64,000 bases of DNA from Dehalococcoidia bacterium (GTDB lineage Bacteria > Chloroflexota > Dehalococcoidia > SZUA-161 > SpSt-899): assembly GCA_041300025.1 (NCBI GenBank), contig JBGLNL010000001.1, positions 1,518,792 through 1,582,791 of the forward strand, given 5' to 3'. Of the stretch, positions 1 to 8,934 are shown piece after piece (position 1 is the stretch's first letter; each line of letters starts with the position of its first letter). The translations under genes were made by a program, and so were the position numbers. Under the pieces are notes generated by a model. The model was given only the letters and a program-made list of their open reading frames with translations, made no database searches and was not told where the DNA came from.

Positions 1-255
1 GAAATAGTGGTAGGTGGCAATCGATGTTGAGTTGATGATCGAATGCCCGCCGATGCCCTTGAACCGTTTCCCGACCTTGCGGACGTTCTGAACGTCCTGG
101 AGGCCGAAATCATCAAGGAGTTCCGGGCTCTCGGAAGGGTTCCATTTACCTATGAACGGGAAGGGTATGGGCTGGAGGGAGTCAGCCGGTAAATGGGTTA
201 AGAACCCGGAACTCACAAGGGCGATAAAAAGGATAAAGGGGATTAGCTTTTTCAT
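1..255 (-). CDS. Phage-like protein, N-terminal part (runs off window); possibly tail nozzle/stabilisation protein
   Basis: Not in ORF track. ATG at 255 overlaps the upstream stop (ATGA); open frame MKKLIPFILFIALVSSGF...GKWNPSESPELLDDFGLQDVQNVR. Role inferred from position after an adaptor-like gene. Confidence 0.45.
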   Translation of the reverse strand, partial: MKKLIPFILFIALVSSGFLTHLPADSLQPIPFPFIGKWNPSESPELLDDFGLQDVQNVRKVGKRFKGIGGHSIINSTSIATYHYF

Positions 256-1118
256 GCCAGGAAAAGACCCTGCCTTTCATACGATTTTTGCTCTTGCCAG
301 TATTTTCTGTTGAAAGCCTTGATCGCCTCGATGTGGGCTTTATAGAGGATCGGCCAGACTACCCCGGCCTCCACCTGGACCTTATTCTCCCCCAGCCGGG
401 TGATTGCCCCCGCTATGATCGCGTCATGGAACTGATAAGGCAGTAGGGGAACGTCTGTTGTCTCTGACAGCCTAGCGCATTGTTTCTCGTACCAAAGCCG
501 CAGGTTATAGGCCGCATCCGAGGCTTGAAACCAATACAGATAATCCGCCTGCGCCCCTGCCGCCGTGTAAACCCTGCGGTGCATCATCTTGAGGGGCCTT
601 GAAATCGAAGCATCCCACCATGAGGACTGATCCTCAAGTTGTGCTTGGCTGATGAATTCCAGACCCTTATTGTACCCATGCCAGTTTGCCCGGATAACGC
701 GGTTGCAGGAAGTGAGTTTCATTCCCCGGTGGTGGGCATATCCCCCGGAGGTCCAAGCGGTGTATGCGGCGCCGTTTATGTCCGTTGCCGAAAAGTCGTG
801 AAGGTGGAAGGCATTGGCAGAGTCATAATCCACTACAAAGGTTCGATAGTTCAATTCTGTCATCCCGGCAACCCCGTAGATGGTCACAAGATCGCCGTCC
901 ACAAAGCCATGGGCCGTTGCGGAGATTACAACCGGATTCGCCGCGGTCGCCCCGGTAATCGTGGCCCGCGCCTTGCTCTTTTTGGTATCGTCGCACTCCA
1001 GGAGCCAGAAAAGCGGATAAAGCTCATCACACTGGAGGATTTCGTTAAGGTAAACCTGGTTGCAGATCGCCTTGACTTCATCGCTCCGGGCATACTGCGC
1101 ATCCCCGATTGCCTTCAT
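252..1118 (-). CDS. Phage head-tail adaptor-like protein with an inserted FCCH-like beta domain; 5' end probably cut at junction ~1128
   Basis: ITGATAANPVVISATAHGFVDGDLVTIYGVAGMTELN matches the phage 'E1 FCCH-like' motif; C-terminal VPLLPYQFHDAIIAGA resembles adaptor proteins. Confidence 0.55.
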   Translation of the reverse strand: MKAIGDAQYARSDEVKAICNQVYLNEILQCDELYPLFWLLECDDTKKSKARATITGATAANPVVISATAHGFVDGDLVTIYGVAGMTELNYRTFVVDYDSANAFHLHDFSATDINGAAYTAWTSGGYAHHRGMKLTSCNRVIRANWHGYNKGLEFISQAQLEDQSSWWDASISRPLKMMHRRVYTAAGAQADYLYWFQASDAAYNLRLWYEKQCARLSETTDVPLLPYQFHDAIIAGAITRLGENKVQVEAGVVWPILYKAHIEAIKAFNRKYWQEQKSYERQGLFLA

Positions 1119-1131
1119 AACCGTGCATCAT

Positions 1132-3084
1132 AGCGGACGCACCTACAAAATCGGGCGGGTTGACGATGGAACGGCCGAGATGGACTGGATGGACCAGGAG
1201 CGAGAACGCGGCATTACCATTGTTTCAGCAGCAACCAGTTGTCAGTGGAATGATCATCACATAAATCTGATTGACACCCCCGGGCACGTGGATTTCACCG
1301 CCGAAGTGGAACGCAGCCTTCGCGTACTCGATGGCGGAGTTGTGGTTTTCGACGGGGTAGCCGGGGTCGAATCCCAATCAGAAATGGTCTGGCGCCAAGC
1401 TAACAAATATGGAGTGCCACGGATATGTTTCGTGAACAAAATGGATCGTAATGGGTCTGATTTCTGGCGAACAATCGAGACCATGAAACAACGGCTCAAT
1501 ACCAATCCGGTACCGATCCAAATACCGATCGGCACGGAAGACAGTTTTCAAGGGATTATCAACCTGATCGAAGAAACGGCCTGTTATTTCCATCCTGAAT
1601 CGAAGATTGAGCAAAGGGAAATACCTGAAGGATACCGGGAGATGGCAACAAAATACCGGCAACACCTGATCGAAAAGGTAGCGGAGAGCGATGAGGATGT
1701 AATGCTGGCTTATATCGCCGACAATAAAATTGACGCTACTATGTTGAAAGCCGGCCTGCGCCGTGGTACAATTGCCACCAAAATCGTCCCGGTCCTCTGC
1801 GGCAGCGCGCTAAAAGATAGAGGAATACAGCCCCTGCTTGATGCCGTAGTTGACTTTCTGCCATCCCCACTGGACATCCCACCTATCAAAGGAATCGATC
1901 CCAAGACTGAACAGGAAAAATCGCGTCCACCCGATGACACCGCACCATTTTCCGCACTGGCTTTCAAGATAGTAACCGACCCATTTGTGGGACGACTGGT
2001 TTATCTCAGAATATATTCAGGAGCCATTAAATCCGGTGAGCAGGTCTATAATACGGTAACGAGTAAGAAAGAAAGAATTGGCCGGTTATATCAGATGCAT
2101 GCCAATGATCGTGAGGAAATTCCGGCTGCTTCTACTGGCGGGATTGTTGCTGCTGTGGGATTGAAGGAAACGTCAACCGGTGATACAATCTGCGATTCCA
2201 AGCAGCCTATTTTGCTGGAATCTATCACCTTCCCTGAGCCAGTGGTCTCGATAGCCATTGAGCCCAAAGCCAAGTCTGACCAGGATAGAATAATTGATTC
2301 ACTTGGCAAGCTGGCAGAAGAAGATCCCACCTTCAAAGTGCAATACAATGAACAGACGGGACAAACCCTTATTTCCGGTATGGGAGAACTGCAACTGGAA
2401 GTTATTGTCACCCGCCTGCTACGCGAATTTCAGGTAAAAGCAAAGGTCAGTAAACCACGGGTTTCTTACAAGGAAACCATAACCAGCAAGAGCAAAGCTG
2501 AGGGAAGATTTATCCGCCAGACCGGCGGCCATGGCCAATACGGAGACATCTGGCTGGAGATAGAACCTCTGGAAAGAGGTCAGGGTTTCGAGTTCGTCAA
2601 CAAAATCGTCGGGGGAACCGTTCCCAAAGAGTATATCCCTGCGGTGAAAGCTGGTGTGGTGGAAGCACTAAAGGAAGGGCCCGTTGCCGGGTATCCGGTG
2701 ATAGATGTACGTATCACAGCAGTTGATGGCAGTTATCACGAAGTAGATTCATCCGAAATAGCTTTCAGGATGGCAGGAACAATCGGCGCCCGGGCGTGTC
2801 TTGAAAAAGCCAAGCCAATTTTACTTGAGCCGATTATGAAAATGGAAGTGACAACCCCCGATGGGTTCCTGAGCGAAGTGATCAGTGATCTTAATGCACA
2901 CAGGGCCAATATTGAAGGCATCGAGTCACATCAGGGGTTCGGAGTGATCAATTGCTATTTCCCATTAGCAGAGAGCTTTGGCTACGCCACCAGACTGAGG
3001 TCGATAAGCCAGGGAAGGGCAAGCTTCTTCATGGGGTTTGACCATTATGAAGCAGTTTCCAAAGAACTGGCAGAGAAAGCTTAA
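1132..3084 (+). CDS. fusA: Elongation factor G, 5'-truncated
   Basis: MDWMDQERERGITI, DTPGHVDF, NKMD, GMGELQLE motifs; the P-loop (AHIDAGKTT) is missing before ~1132. Confidence 0.97.
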   Translation, partial: SGRTYKIGRVDDGTAEMDWMDQERERGITIVSAATSCQWNDHHINLIDTPGHVDFTAEVERSLRVLDGGVVVFDGVAGVESQSEMVWRQANKYGVPRICFVNKMDRNGSDFWRTIETMKQRLNTNPVPIQIPIGTEDSFQGIINLIEETACYFHPESKIEQREIPEGYREMATKYRQHLIEKVAESDEDVMLAYIADNKIDATMLKAGLRRGTIATKIVPVLCGSALKDRGIQPLLDAVVDFLPSPLDIPPIKGIDPKTEQEKSRPPDDTAPFSALAFKIVTDPFVGRLVYLRIYSGAIKSGEQVYNTVTSKKERIGRLYQMHANDREEIPAASTGGIVAAVGLKETSTGDTICDSKQPILLESITFPEPVVSIAIEPKAKSDQDRIIDSLGKLAEEDPTFKVQYNEQTGQTLISGMGELQLEVIVTRLLREFQVKAKVSKPRVSYKETITSKSKAEGRFIRQTGGHGQYGDIWLEIEPLERGQGFEFVNKIVGGTVPKEYIPAVKAGVVEALKEGPVAGYPVIDVRITAVDGSYHEVDSSEIAFRMAGTIGARACLEKAKPILLEPIMKMEVTTPDGFLSEVISDLNAHRANIEGIESHQGFGVINCYFPLAESFGYATRLRSISQGRASFFMGFDHYEAVSKELAEKA

Positions 3085-3117
3085 TTAAGATAACAAAATT
3101 CGAGGACAGCCAACAAA

Positions 3118-3426
3118 ATGGCAAAACAAAAAGTCAGGATCAAGCTAAAATCATACGATCACAAGATACTGGATCAATCGGCTGCTTACATAGTCGAATC
3201 GGCTGAGAGCACCGGAGCGGCAGTAGTAGGCCCGGTCCCGCTTCCTACCCACATCAGGAAATACTGTGTTATCCGCTCCCCATTCATCGATAAGGACTCA
3301 CGGGAAGAATTCGAGATCAGAACTCACAAACGATTGATCGATATTCTGGAACCCACTCCCAAAACGGTGGATGCACTGACACAACTCAATCTGCCCAGCG
3401 GTGTGAGCATCGAGATCAAAATTTAG
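3118..3426 (+). CDS. rpsJ: 30S ribosomal protein S10
   Basis: RIKLKSYDH...GPVPLPT...RTHKRLIDI. Confidence 0.99.
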   Translation: MAKQKVRIKLKSYDHKILDQSAAYIVESAESTGAAVVGPVPLPTHIRKYCVIRSPFIDKDSREEFEIRTHKRLIDILEPTPKTVDALTQLNLPSGVSIEIKI

Positions 3427-3509
3427 CTTAACAAACGAATACGGGCAAGAAGAGTATCCTGCGATAGATTATCTGTGGCAGGGTTTAAACTTGCGAGGCA
3501 GGTAAAATT

Positions 3510-4139
3510 ATGGTTACGGGAATGATAGGGAAAAAAATCGGGATGACCCGCATATTTGCTAAAGATGGCACGGTGGTGCCGGTTACTGCCATCGAAGCAG
3601 GCCCATGCACGGTCATCCAGATTAAAGCCGAGGATAAAGAAGGCTACAATGCCATCCAGCTCGGATTTGAGGAATCAAAGCGATTGAACAAGCCCGAAAA
3701 GGGCCATCTCAAAGGTATGGGGGATTTCAAACACCTGCGCGAATTCAAAACGAATGACGTCGCCGAAATCGAAGCAGGGCAGAAGATAACAGTGGCCATA
3801 TTCGAGCCCGGGGAAAAGGTGGACATAGTGGGAACCTCCAAAGGGAGAGGGTTTGCAGGAGTGGTAAAGCGTCACAGATTTAGTGGCGGCCCCAAGACTC
3901 ACGGACAAAAGGACAGACATCGGGCACCGGGCTCCGTAGGTGCTGGCACCGATCCCGGGAAGACCTGGAGGGGCCAGCGGATGGCCGGGCACATGGGTAA
4001 CTCCCGAATTACCGTCAAAAAACTGGAAGTGGTACAGGCTAATGCAGACCGAAACCTGCTGCTGGTAAAAGGTGCTGTACCCGGTGCCAGGAACGGATTG
4101 TTGCTAATTAAGAAAGCTGGCAAAGAGACTAAAAAATAG
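3510..4139 (+). CDS. rplC: 50S ribosomal protein L3
   Basis: [30 protein letters not shown]-like motif, VKGAVPG. Confidence 0.99.
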   Translation: MVTGMIGKKIGMTRIFAKDGTVVPVTAIEAGPCTVIQIKAEDKEGYNAIQLGFEESKRLNKPEKGHLKGMGDFKHLREFKTNDVAEIEAGQKITVAIFEPGEKVDIVGTSKGRGFAGVVKRHRFSGGPKTHGQKDRHRAPGSVGAGTDPGKTWRGQRMAGHMGNSRITVKKLEVVQANADRNLLLVKGAVPGARNGLLLIKKAGKETKK

Positions 4140-4154
4140 ATTTGATTAAGCATT

Positions 4155-4183
4155 AAAAAAGGGCCTGATACAGGCCCTTTTTT
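4155..4183. terminator. Bidirectional intrinsic terminator
   Basis: AAAAAAGGGCCTG-ATA-CAGGCCCTTTTTT perfect hairpin between convergent genes. Confidence 0.85.
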
Positions 4184-4197
4184 ATTATCTGGCACAC

Positions 4198-4226
4198 TAG
4201 GGGCACAATTCATGAATTTCCCCTGC
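4198..4226. repeat. Degenerate GTAG-type REP-like palindrome
   Basis: TAGGGGCACAATTCATGAATTTCCCCTGC resembles the palindrome at 15972-15999. Confidence 0.45.
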
Positions 4227-4237
4227 ATTTAGCATAA

Positions 4238-4633
4238 TTATTCGTATCTCAATGCTTCGGCCGGATAGATGCGCGCCGCTCGATAAGCCGGAACGAAAGT
4301 GGTAAAGAGGGAAGCAACATAAGTCAGTAGAACAATAAAGCCTATTCGCCCCCATGGGATAACTGCCTTTATCCCTTCGATATCCGCATCCTCCATAAAG
4401 AGTAACGCGGTACCAACCCCCAAACCTACACCCATACCAATTCCCAATAGCGCAATAAAAGACGATTCAAACAGAAATGTGAATTGAATCATACCCTGCT
4501 GAAAACCGATAGCTCTCAGCATTCCTATTTGCTGCCGCCTCTCAACAACCGATCTGGCTGCAATTACCCCAAGGGCAGCAATGCCTACAATGAGACCCAG
4601 TGCCATAAAAGCCATCATCAAGTTGAAGAACAT
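4238..4633 (-). CDS. ABC transporter permease (FtsX-like), C-terminal fragment
   Basis: SVVERRQQIGMLRAIG, PAYRAARIYPAEALRYE; cut at junction ~4635. Confidence 0.9.
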   Translation of the reverse strand: MFFNLMMAFMALGLIVGIAALGVIAARSVVERRQQIGMLRAIGFQQGMIQFTFLFESSFIALLGIGMGVGLGVGTALLFMEDADIEGIKAVIPWGRIGFIVLLTYVASLFTTFVPAYRAARIYPAEALRYE

Positions 4634-4651
4634 TTAGCATCTTTTCTTCGG

Positions 4652-5449
4652 CTATCGGATTTTCATTTGGGAATCTATCTTTTTTACACCCGGGAATTGG
4701 CGGGCAAGTTCCCGGCACTTGTCTGCCTCAGGTATACTGTTGATCTTGCCTTTGAGTGTAACTAAACCATCGCAAGCTTCCACTTTGATGTCATCATCTG
4801 ATATATTTGGGTCCAGGGCGATTTTGGCCCTTATTCCATTGGCCAGTACCATATCATCTACAAGTTTCCGGGCTTGCGGAGTAGTCCGGAACCCGATTCT
4901 GGTCAGCTCTATTATTGTCTGGGCGGCATCAGGAATACTGATGCGTTCGAGATTAATGGCGAGGTCATATAATGACAGGTCGTTTCTATCAAAACCGTAA
5001 ACCGAACTGGTCCATTGATCTCTTTCCTCGTCTATTTTGTGTATATGGTTGATTGCAGCTTCCCTGTTTATGCCCTCCCTTTCCATAGTAAGTTTGATGC
5101 GGTATTCCATGGTAGCCAGTATCTTGACTCTCAAATGGTGAGGGACGCCATGGATAAGTAAGTGTCCTGCATATCCATAATAGACCACGTTGTCGCTTTG
5201 AATTGCCTCGGTCATGGCTGCTGTTATGGATGCAAGATAGTGGATTCGTTTCAGGCCGAGCCTTTCAAGAAGGCCCGGTTTATGCATTAAAGCGTCTTCC
5301 AGTTTTTCTTCTGATACTCCGAATTCCCTTGCAGCAATTGCGAAGAGTTCTTCGTGGGACAGGAGACGGTAACCTAATTCGCTGGCCAGATGATTGGCAA
5401 GTTCCCTGCCTCCACTATATGTTCCCCGTGATATGGTGATGATTGCCAT
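4652..5449 (-). CDS. Cytidylate kinase-like family protein with C-terminal BON domain
   Basis: MAIITISRGTYSGG N-terminus; C-terminal DDIKVEACDGLVTLKG BON motif; start placed at ATG 5449. Confidence 0.85.
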   Translation of the reverse strand: MAIITISRGTYSGGRELANHLASELGYRLLSHEELFAIAAREFGVSEEKLEDALMHKPGLLERLGLKRIHYLASITAAMTEAIQSDNVVYYGYAGHLLIHGVPHHLRVKILATMEYRIKLTMEREGINREAAINHIHKIDEERDQWTSSVYGFDRNDLSLYDLAINLERISIPDAAQTIIELTRIGFRTTPQARKLVDDMVLANGIRAKIALDPNISDDDIKVEACDGLVTLKGKINSIPEADKCRELARQFPGVKKIDSQMKIR

Positions 5450-5501
5450 AGTGTCCTCCTGGATATGCGTTTGTCTGTTGCCGGATGTGCCCCCGGCATA
5501 T

Positions 5502-6599
5502 TTAGCCTGGTAAAGGCATAAGCCCAACCATTGAAGTTATGATTACCAATGCTGCTATAAGAGCCAGTATCCCGAAGACAGGCCATTTCCGCCTGAATAA
5601 AACCAGTGCCGATACAATAAGGGCGGGAACACCACTGAAAACCCCGATGGCTATTCCGAGTGTTGCCAGACCGTCGCCCTCAGTGAGATGGGAAAGGTAC
5701 CAGTGATTGAGTGGCTTTTCTTCCGTATCGGGGAATGCAGCCCATTCGGGATTGCCTTCCTCGGTATTCCCCTGGAACGGAGGCACCTCCATTTCCGCTT
5801 TATTAGCTGTGGGGTCGAATGCGTAGACGGCTGGCGTGCTGATATCTCCCCAGACCTGATCCCGGTTGGTGGCCCCGAAGATCAATTCCTGCTTCCCGTC
5901 ATTGTTGATGTCATAGAGCTTGACCACATACACATGCCCCGGATTCCAATAGCGGGATATCACTTCCCCGTTCTGCTCAACTATGCAGACTTGGCCGGCG
6001 TATGACTGATTCTGATTGGCAATCAATATCACTTCGTTTTCAGGATCGTCATCCACGTTGCCCGACGCATGCCCAAGGATCGTGTACTCGCCCTGCTGCC
6101 CGTATGGATTGGTATCTGTTGAAACAGAGCCCTGCCCGATCGCATGGCCATCGACATCCTTTATGGCGAAACCGGGCCCTCGATATTCCACAGTCAAATC
6201 CGATTCCTGCTGTGCCCCCCCGGAGTTTTTGACTTCCGATGTGTCCTGATTTTGGATTGTCTTCTTCACTTTTCCGTCTGCAAGGTTCAAAATATATCCA
6301 GTTCCGCTGCAATCCTTTTGCGTATTGATAATCAAGGTATCATCTTTGACTTCGATGTACTGGATTCCTGCGTTGATACCGGTTCGTGCATTTGCATGCC
6401 ACGTTTCATCCGTGTCCCGTCCTTCCCATATTGAGGAGATCCAGCCTGAAGGATCGCTGAAATTATTTTCCGTTACAATTCCGAGCACCATTCCTGCTAT
6501 GGCAACCAGTGTGCCTAGCATGGTTATCCAGTAGAGTAATCCCCCAAATATCAAACTCTCCCGGGAGATAGCTGGCCTGTGCTCGTTATTCATCTCCAT
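5502..6599 (-). CDS. DUF1634-like small membrane protein (TauE partner) with a large inserted extracytoplasmic domain
   Basis: Flanks YWIT...WISSIWEG and HWYL..GDGL fit the family; ~220 aa hydrophilic insert with DINNDGKQE/DDDPENE motifs. Confidence 0.65.
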   Translation of the reverse strand: MEMNNEHRPAISRESLIFGGLLYWITMLGTLVAIAGMVLGIVTENNFSDPSGWISSIWEGRDTDETWHANARTGINAGIQYIEVKDDTLIINTQKDCSGTGYILNLADGKVKKTIQNQDTSEVKNSGGAQQESDLTVEYRGPGFAIKDVDGHAIGQGSVSTDTNPYGQQGEYTILGHASGNVDDDPENEVILIANQNQSYAGQVCIVEQNGEVISRYWNPGHVYVVKLYDINNDGKQELIFGATNRDQVWGDISTPAVYAFDPTANKAEMEVPPFQGNTEEGNPEWAAFPDTEEKPLNHWYLSHLTEGDGLATLGIAIGVFSGVPALIVSALVLFRRKWPVFGILALIAALVIITSMVGLMPLPG

Positions 6600-6602
6600 T
6601 TC

Positions 6603-7628
6603 CTATACTGGGAAGTCCATTTCAGTGAAGCCTTCGATCCCTTTGAGTATGAGTTTAAGCGAGGTAAATATCAATATCAGAATAAGGAGGTTCCGGACGA
6701 AAGCAACCCTTACTTTTATAAGAATATGAGCTCCGATAATTCCACCGACTACCTGCCCTGCCATCCAGGGGACCGCGAAGATGCCAATGAGAGAGCCGTA
6801 TAGAATGTAAGGCCAGATTGCGCTAGTGCCCTCGATTCCCAGCAAAACGCCACTGCAGGCGGCCGAAACCTTAAGCGGTGTGGCCATGACGAGGTTCAGA
6901 ACCGGAACAATGGCCCATCCCCCTCCCAAACCGAAAAAGCCACCGATCAGGCCGACAAGGAAAAACAGCAGAAATCCGGGTATCGCCCGGGTGATATGGT
7001 AGCTGATTGGTTTCTGTAGACTCTCTTCCCAGTAATAGCCGTTAAGCCCAAGCTTTTTTGAGAGACTGTCAATGGACTTGGGCTCAGGGAATTCTGTTTT
7101 GTTGCCACCTCTGATAAAGAGAAAACAGACAGATCCAACGATAAGGCCGAGCAGCAGACATACCAGCGCATCACCAGTATTGCCAAGCATTTGATCCTCA
7201 TAAACGGCCAGAAGTCCTCCTGACATTGCCCCGATGGTTACCGGAACTGCACCATATAATACGATCTTCATATTGGCCAGGCCTTTTTTGAAGAAAGGAC
7301 CACCGGAAATCAGGCCGCTGAACAGGGCTACTACCAGTCCGGTAGCCCTGATTATCATGGTATCGACGGAGGTGAAGCCCATCATGATTGGTGTGAAAAT
7401 GACTCCGCCGCCGATTCCTATAACCGCGGCCAGAATGGCAATGAATGTGCTTATGAGAAAAGATCCAAAAAGAATCCAGAAGATGGAAGTGGAACTCAAT
7501 ACCTCTGTATCGCTGATGTTTGAAAACACGGCCATTATGATATAAGCCGCAATTATGGCAAGGATGAGGATGATCAGTTCCGGGACACTCGCAACTATTG
7601 GCCGTAATTTACCCATGATCTGATTCAA
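6603..7628 (-). CDS. Sulfite exporter TauE/SafE family protein
   Basis: GIGGGVIFTP and GLGGGWAIVP repeats, highly hydrophobic. Confidence 0.9.
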   Translation of the reverse strand: MNQIMGKLRPIVASVPELIILILAIIAAYIIMAVFSNISDTEVLSSTSIFWILFGSFLISTFIAILAAVIGIGGGVIFTPIMMGFTSVDTMIIRATGLVVALFSGLISGGPFFKKGLANMKIVLYGAVPVTIGAMSGGLLAVYEDQMLGNTGDALVCLLLGLIVGSVCFLFIRGGNKTEFPEPKSIDSLSKKLGLNGYYWEESLQKPISYHITRAIPGFLLFFLVGLIGGFFGLGGGWAIVPVLNLVMATPLKVSAACSGVLLGIEGTSAIWPYILYGSLIGIFAVPWMAGQVVGGIIGAHILIKVRVAFVRNLLILILIFTSLKLILKGIEGFTEMDFPV

Positions 7629-7759
7629 TTTGTGTGGGTTATCCTTCCCCTATTCTGGGGTTAATTGCATTCTATCATTGCCGCAGGAATAAGAGAAGGC
7701 AGGGAGCCAAAATTGAGGATGATTGCCAATTTGAAGCTTGGCTTGTTTCAGTCAAGCTG

Positions 7760-8155
7760 TTAATCGGCTCTATCGCTCTGGTAATAATCCATCAATATCT
7801 TTGCCACTTCGGGGCGGGAGAATTCCGGTGGCAGGGACTGGCCGTTTGAAAGCATTTCCCGAACCTTCGTGCCGGATAGCATCAGGTGATCTTCGCTGGA
7901 ATGGGGGCAATCGCGGACCATTACGACACGATTGCACTTGTTGCACCAGACGGTGTTGTCCCCTTTGTAAATCCCTATTTTAAGAGCATCTTTGGGGATT
8001 CTATCGAATATCTGCTGGGCATCGAATGGCCCGTAATAATTACCAACTCCGGCGTGATCCCGGCCGGTGATAAGGCAGGTGGCCCCCATATTCTGGCGGA
8101 ATATAGCATGCAGCAGGGCCTCGCGCGGCCCGGCATAGAGCATATCGAATCCTCC
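7760..8155 (-). CDS. sat: Sulfate adenylyltransferase, C-terminal fragment
   Basis: [48 protein letters not shown]. Confidence 0.95.
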   Translation of the reverse strand, partial: GGFDMLYAGPREALLHAIFRQNMGATCLITGRDHAGVGNYYGPFDAQQIFDRIPKDALKIGIYKGDNTVWCNKCNRVVMVRDCPHSSEDHLMLSGTKVREMLSNGQSLPPEFSRPEVAKILMDYYQSDRAD

Positions 8156-8159
8156 ATTC

Positions 8160-8595
8160 CACCAGTGACTTTGACTTTTTATATGGGAATCGCCAAAAAA
8201 TAGGAGTTTTCGATTTGTGGTGGAATCGACTTTTCTATGGGCAATGGAGTGCCGGTGAAAAAATGGAAATCCGTTTGACGCTTAATAAATCCATACAAAA
8301 TGTCAGTTGGCTAGTTGTTGCAGCTTTTCTTGTTTCGTTGGTATCGGGTGTTTATCATTTGTATAAAAACGTAGAGAAACTTTCCGAACCTCGAAATGTC
8401 CTCATTTTGTTTATGTTGTACAACATTTTGTTTGTTCCAATTATTGGAAATATGATGGAAATTGGGGAAAATAATCGTTTTCGATTTGTCATCGACCCAT
8501 TTATTCTAATTCTCTTTGTTTTCTTTATGCGAGACCTGATTGTCCCCACAATTTTGGGAAAGCTAAAACCCAAGACCCAATTCGTTATTAGGTAG
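8160..8595 (+). CDS. Polytopic membrane protein (GT-C-like), C-terminal fragment
   Basis: Hydrophobic helices ending in [12 protein letters not shown]; begins at junction ~8155. Confidence 0.5.
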
Positions 8596-8609
8596 AGCGA
8601 AATTCAAGT

Positions 8610-8903
8610 ATGTCCGCGAAATATGTCGGCTGGTGGATCGTCGCAGGGTTCTTCATCGTCACAGCAGGCAGTCTTATTTTTCTGTGGAAAAACCGTGGGA
8701 ACCTCGCCGCACCGGAAAACGTCTTGATTCTATTCATGATTTACAATATCCTGTACATAACACTGATTGGAAATACCATGGACATAGGAGAAAACAACCG
8801 TTTTCGATTTACGCTTGATCCATTTCTTTCAATCCTGTTTGTCTTCTTTCTGTTGAATTTGGTCGCCCGGACTCGTCTGGACAGCCTTGAAAAAACAAAA
8901 TAG
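8610..8903 (+). CDS. Short membrane ORF paralogous to the C-terminus of the preceding ORF
   Basis: NVLILFMIYNIL...[12 protein letters not shown] repeated from 8160-8595. Confidence 0.5.
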   Translation: MSAKYVGWWIVAGFFIVTAGSLIFLWKNRGNLAAPENVLILFMIYNILYITLIGNTMDIGENNRFRFTLDPFLSILFVFFLLNLVARTRLDSLEKTK

Positions 8904-8934
8904 TATTACAATTGTTCGGGCTGGGAGATACGCC

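Noticed and set aside
1060-1131. EF-G with a novel N-terminus lacking the P-loop
   Set aside because: The upstream codons are antisense phage-fragment DNA; this is a junction artefact.
3427-3509. Structured RNA between rpsJ and rplC
   Set aside because: Only a weak imperfect hairpin (CCTGC...GCAGG); no comparative support available.
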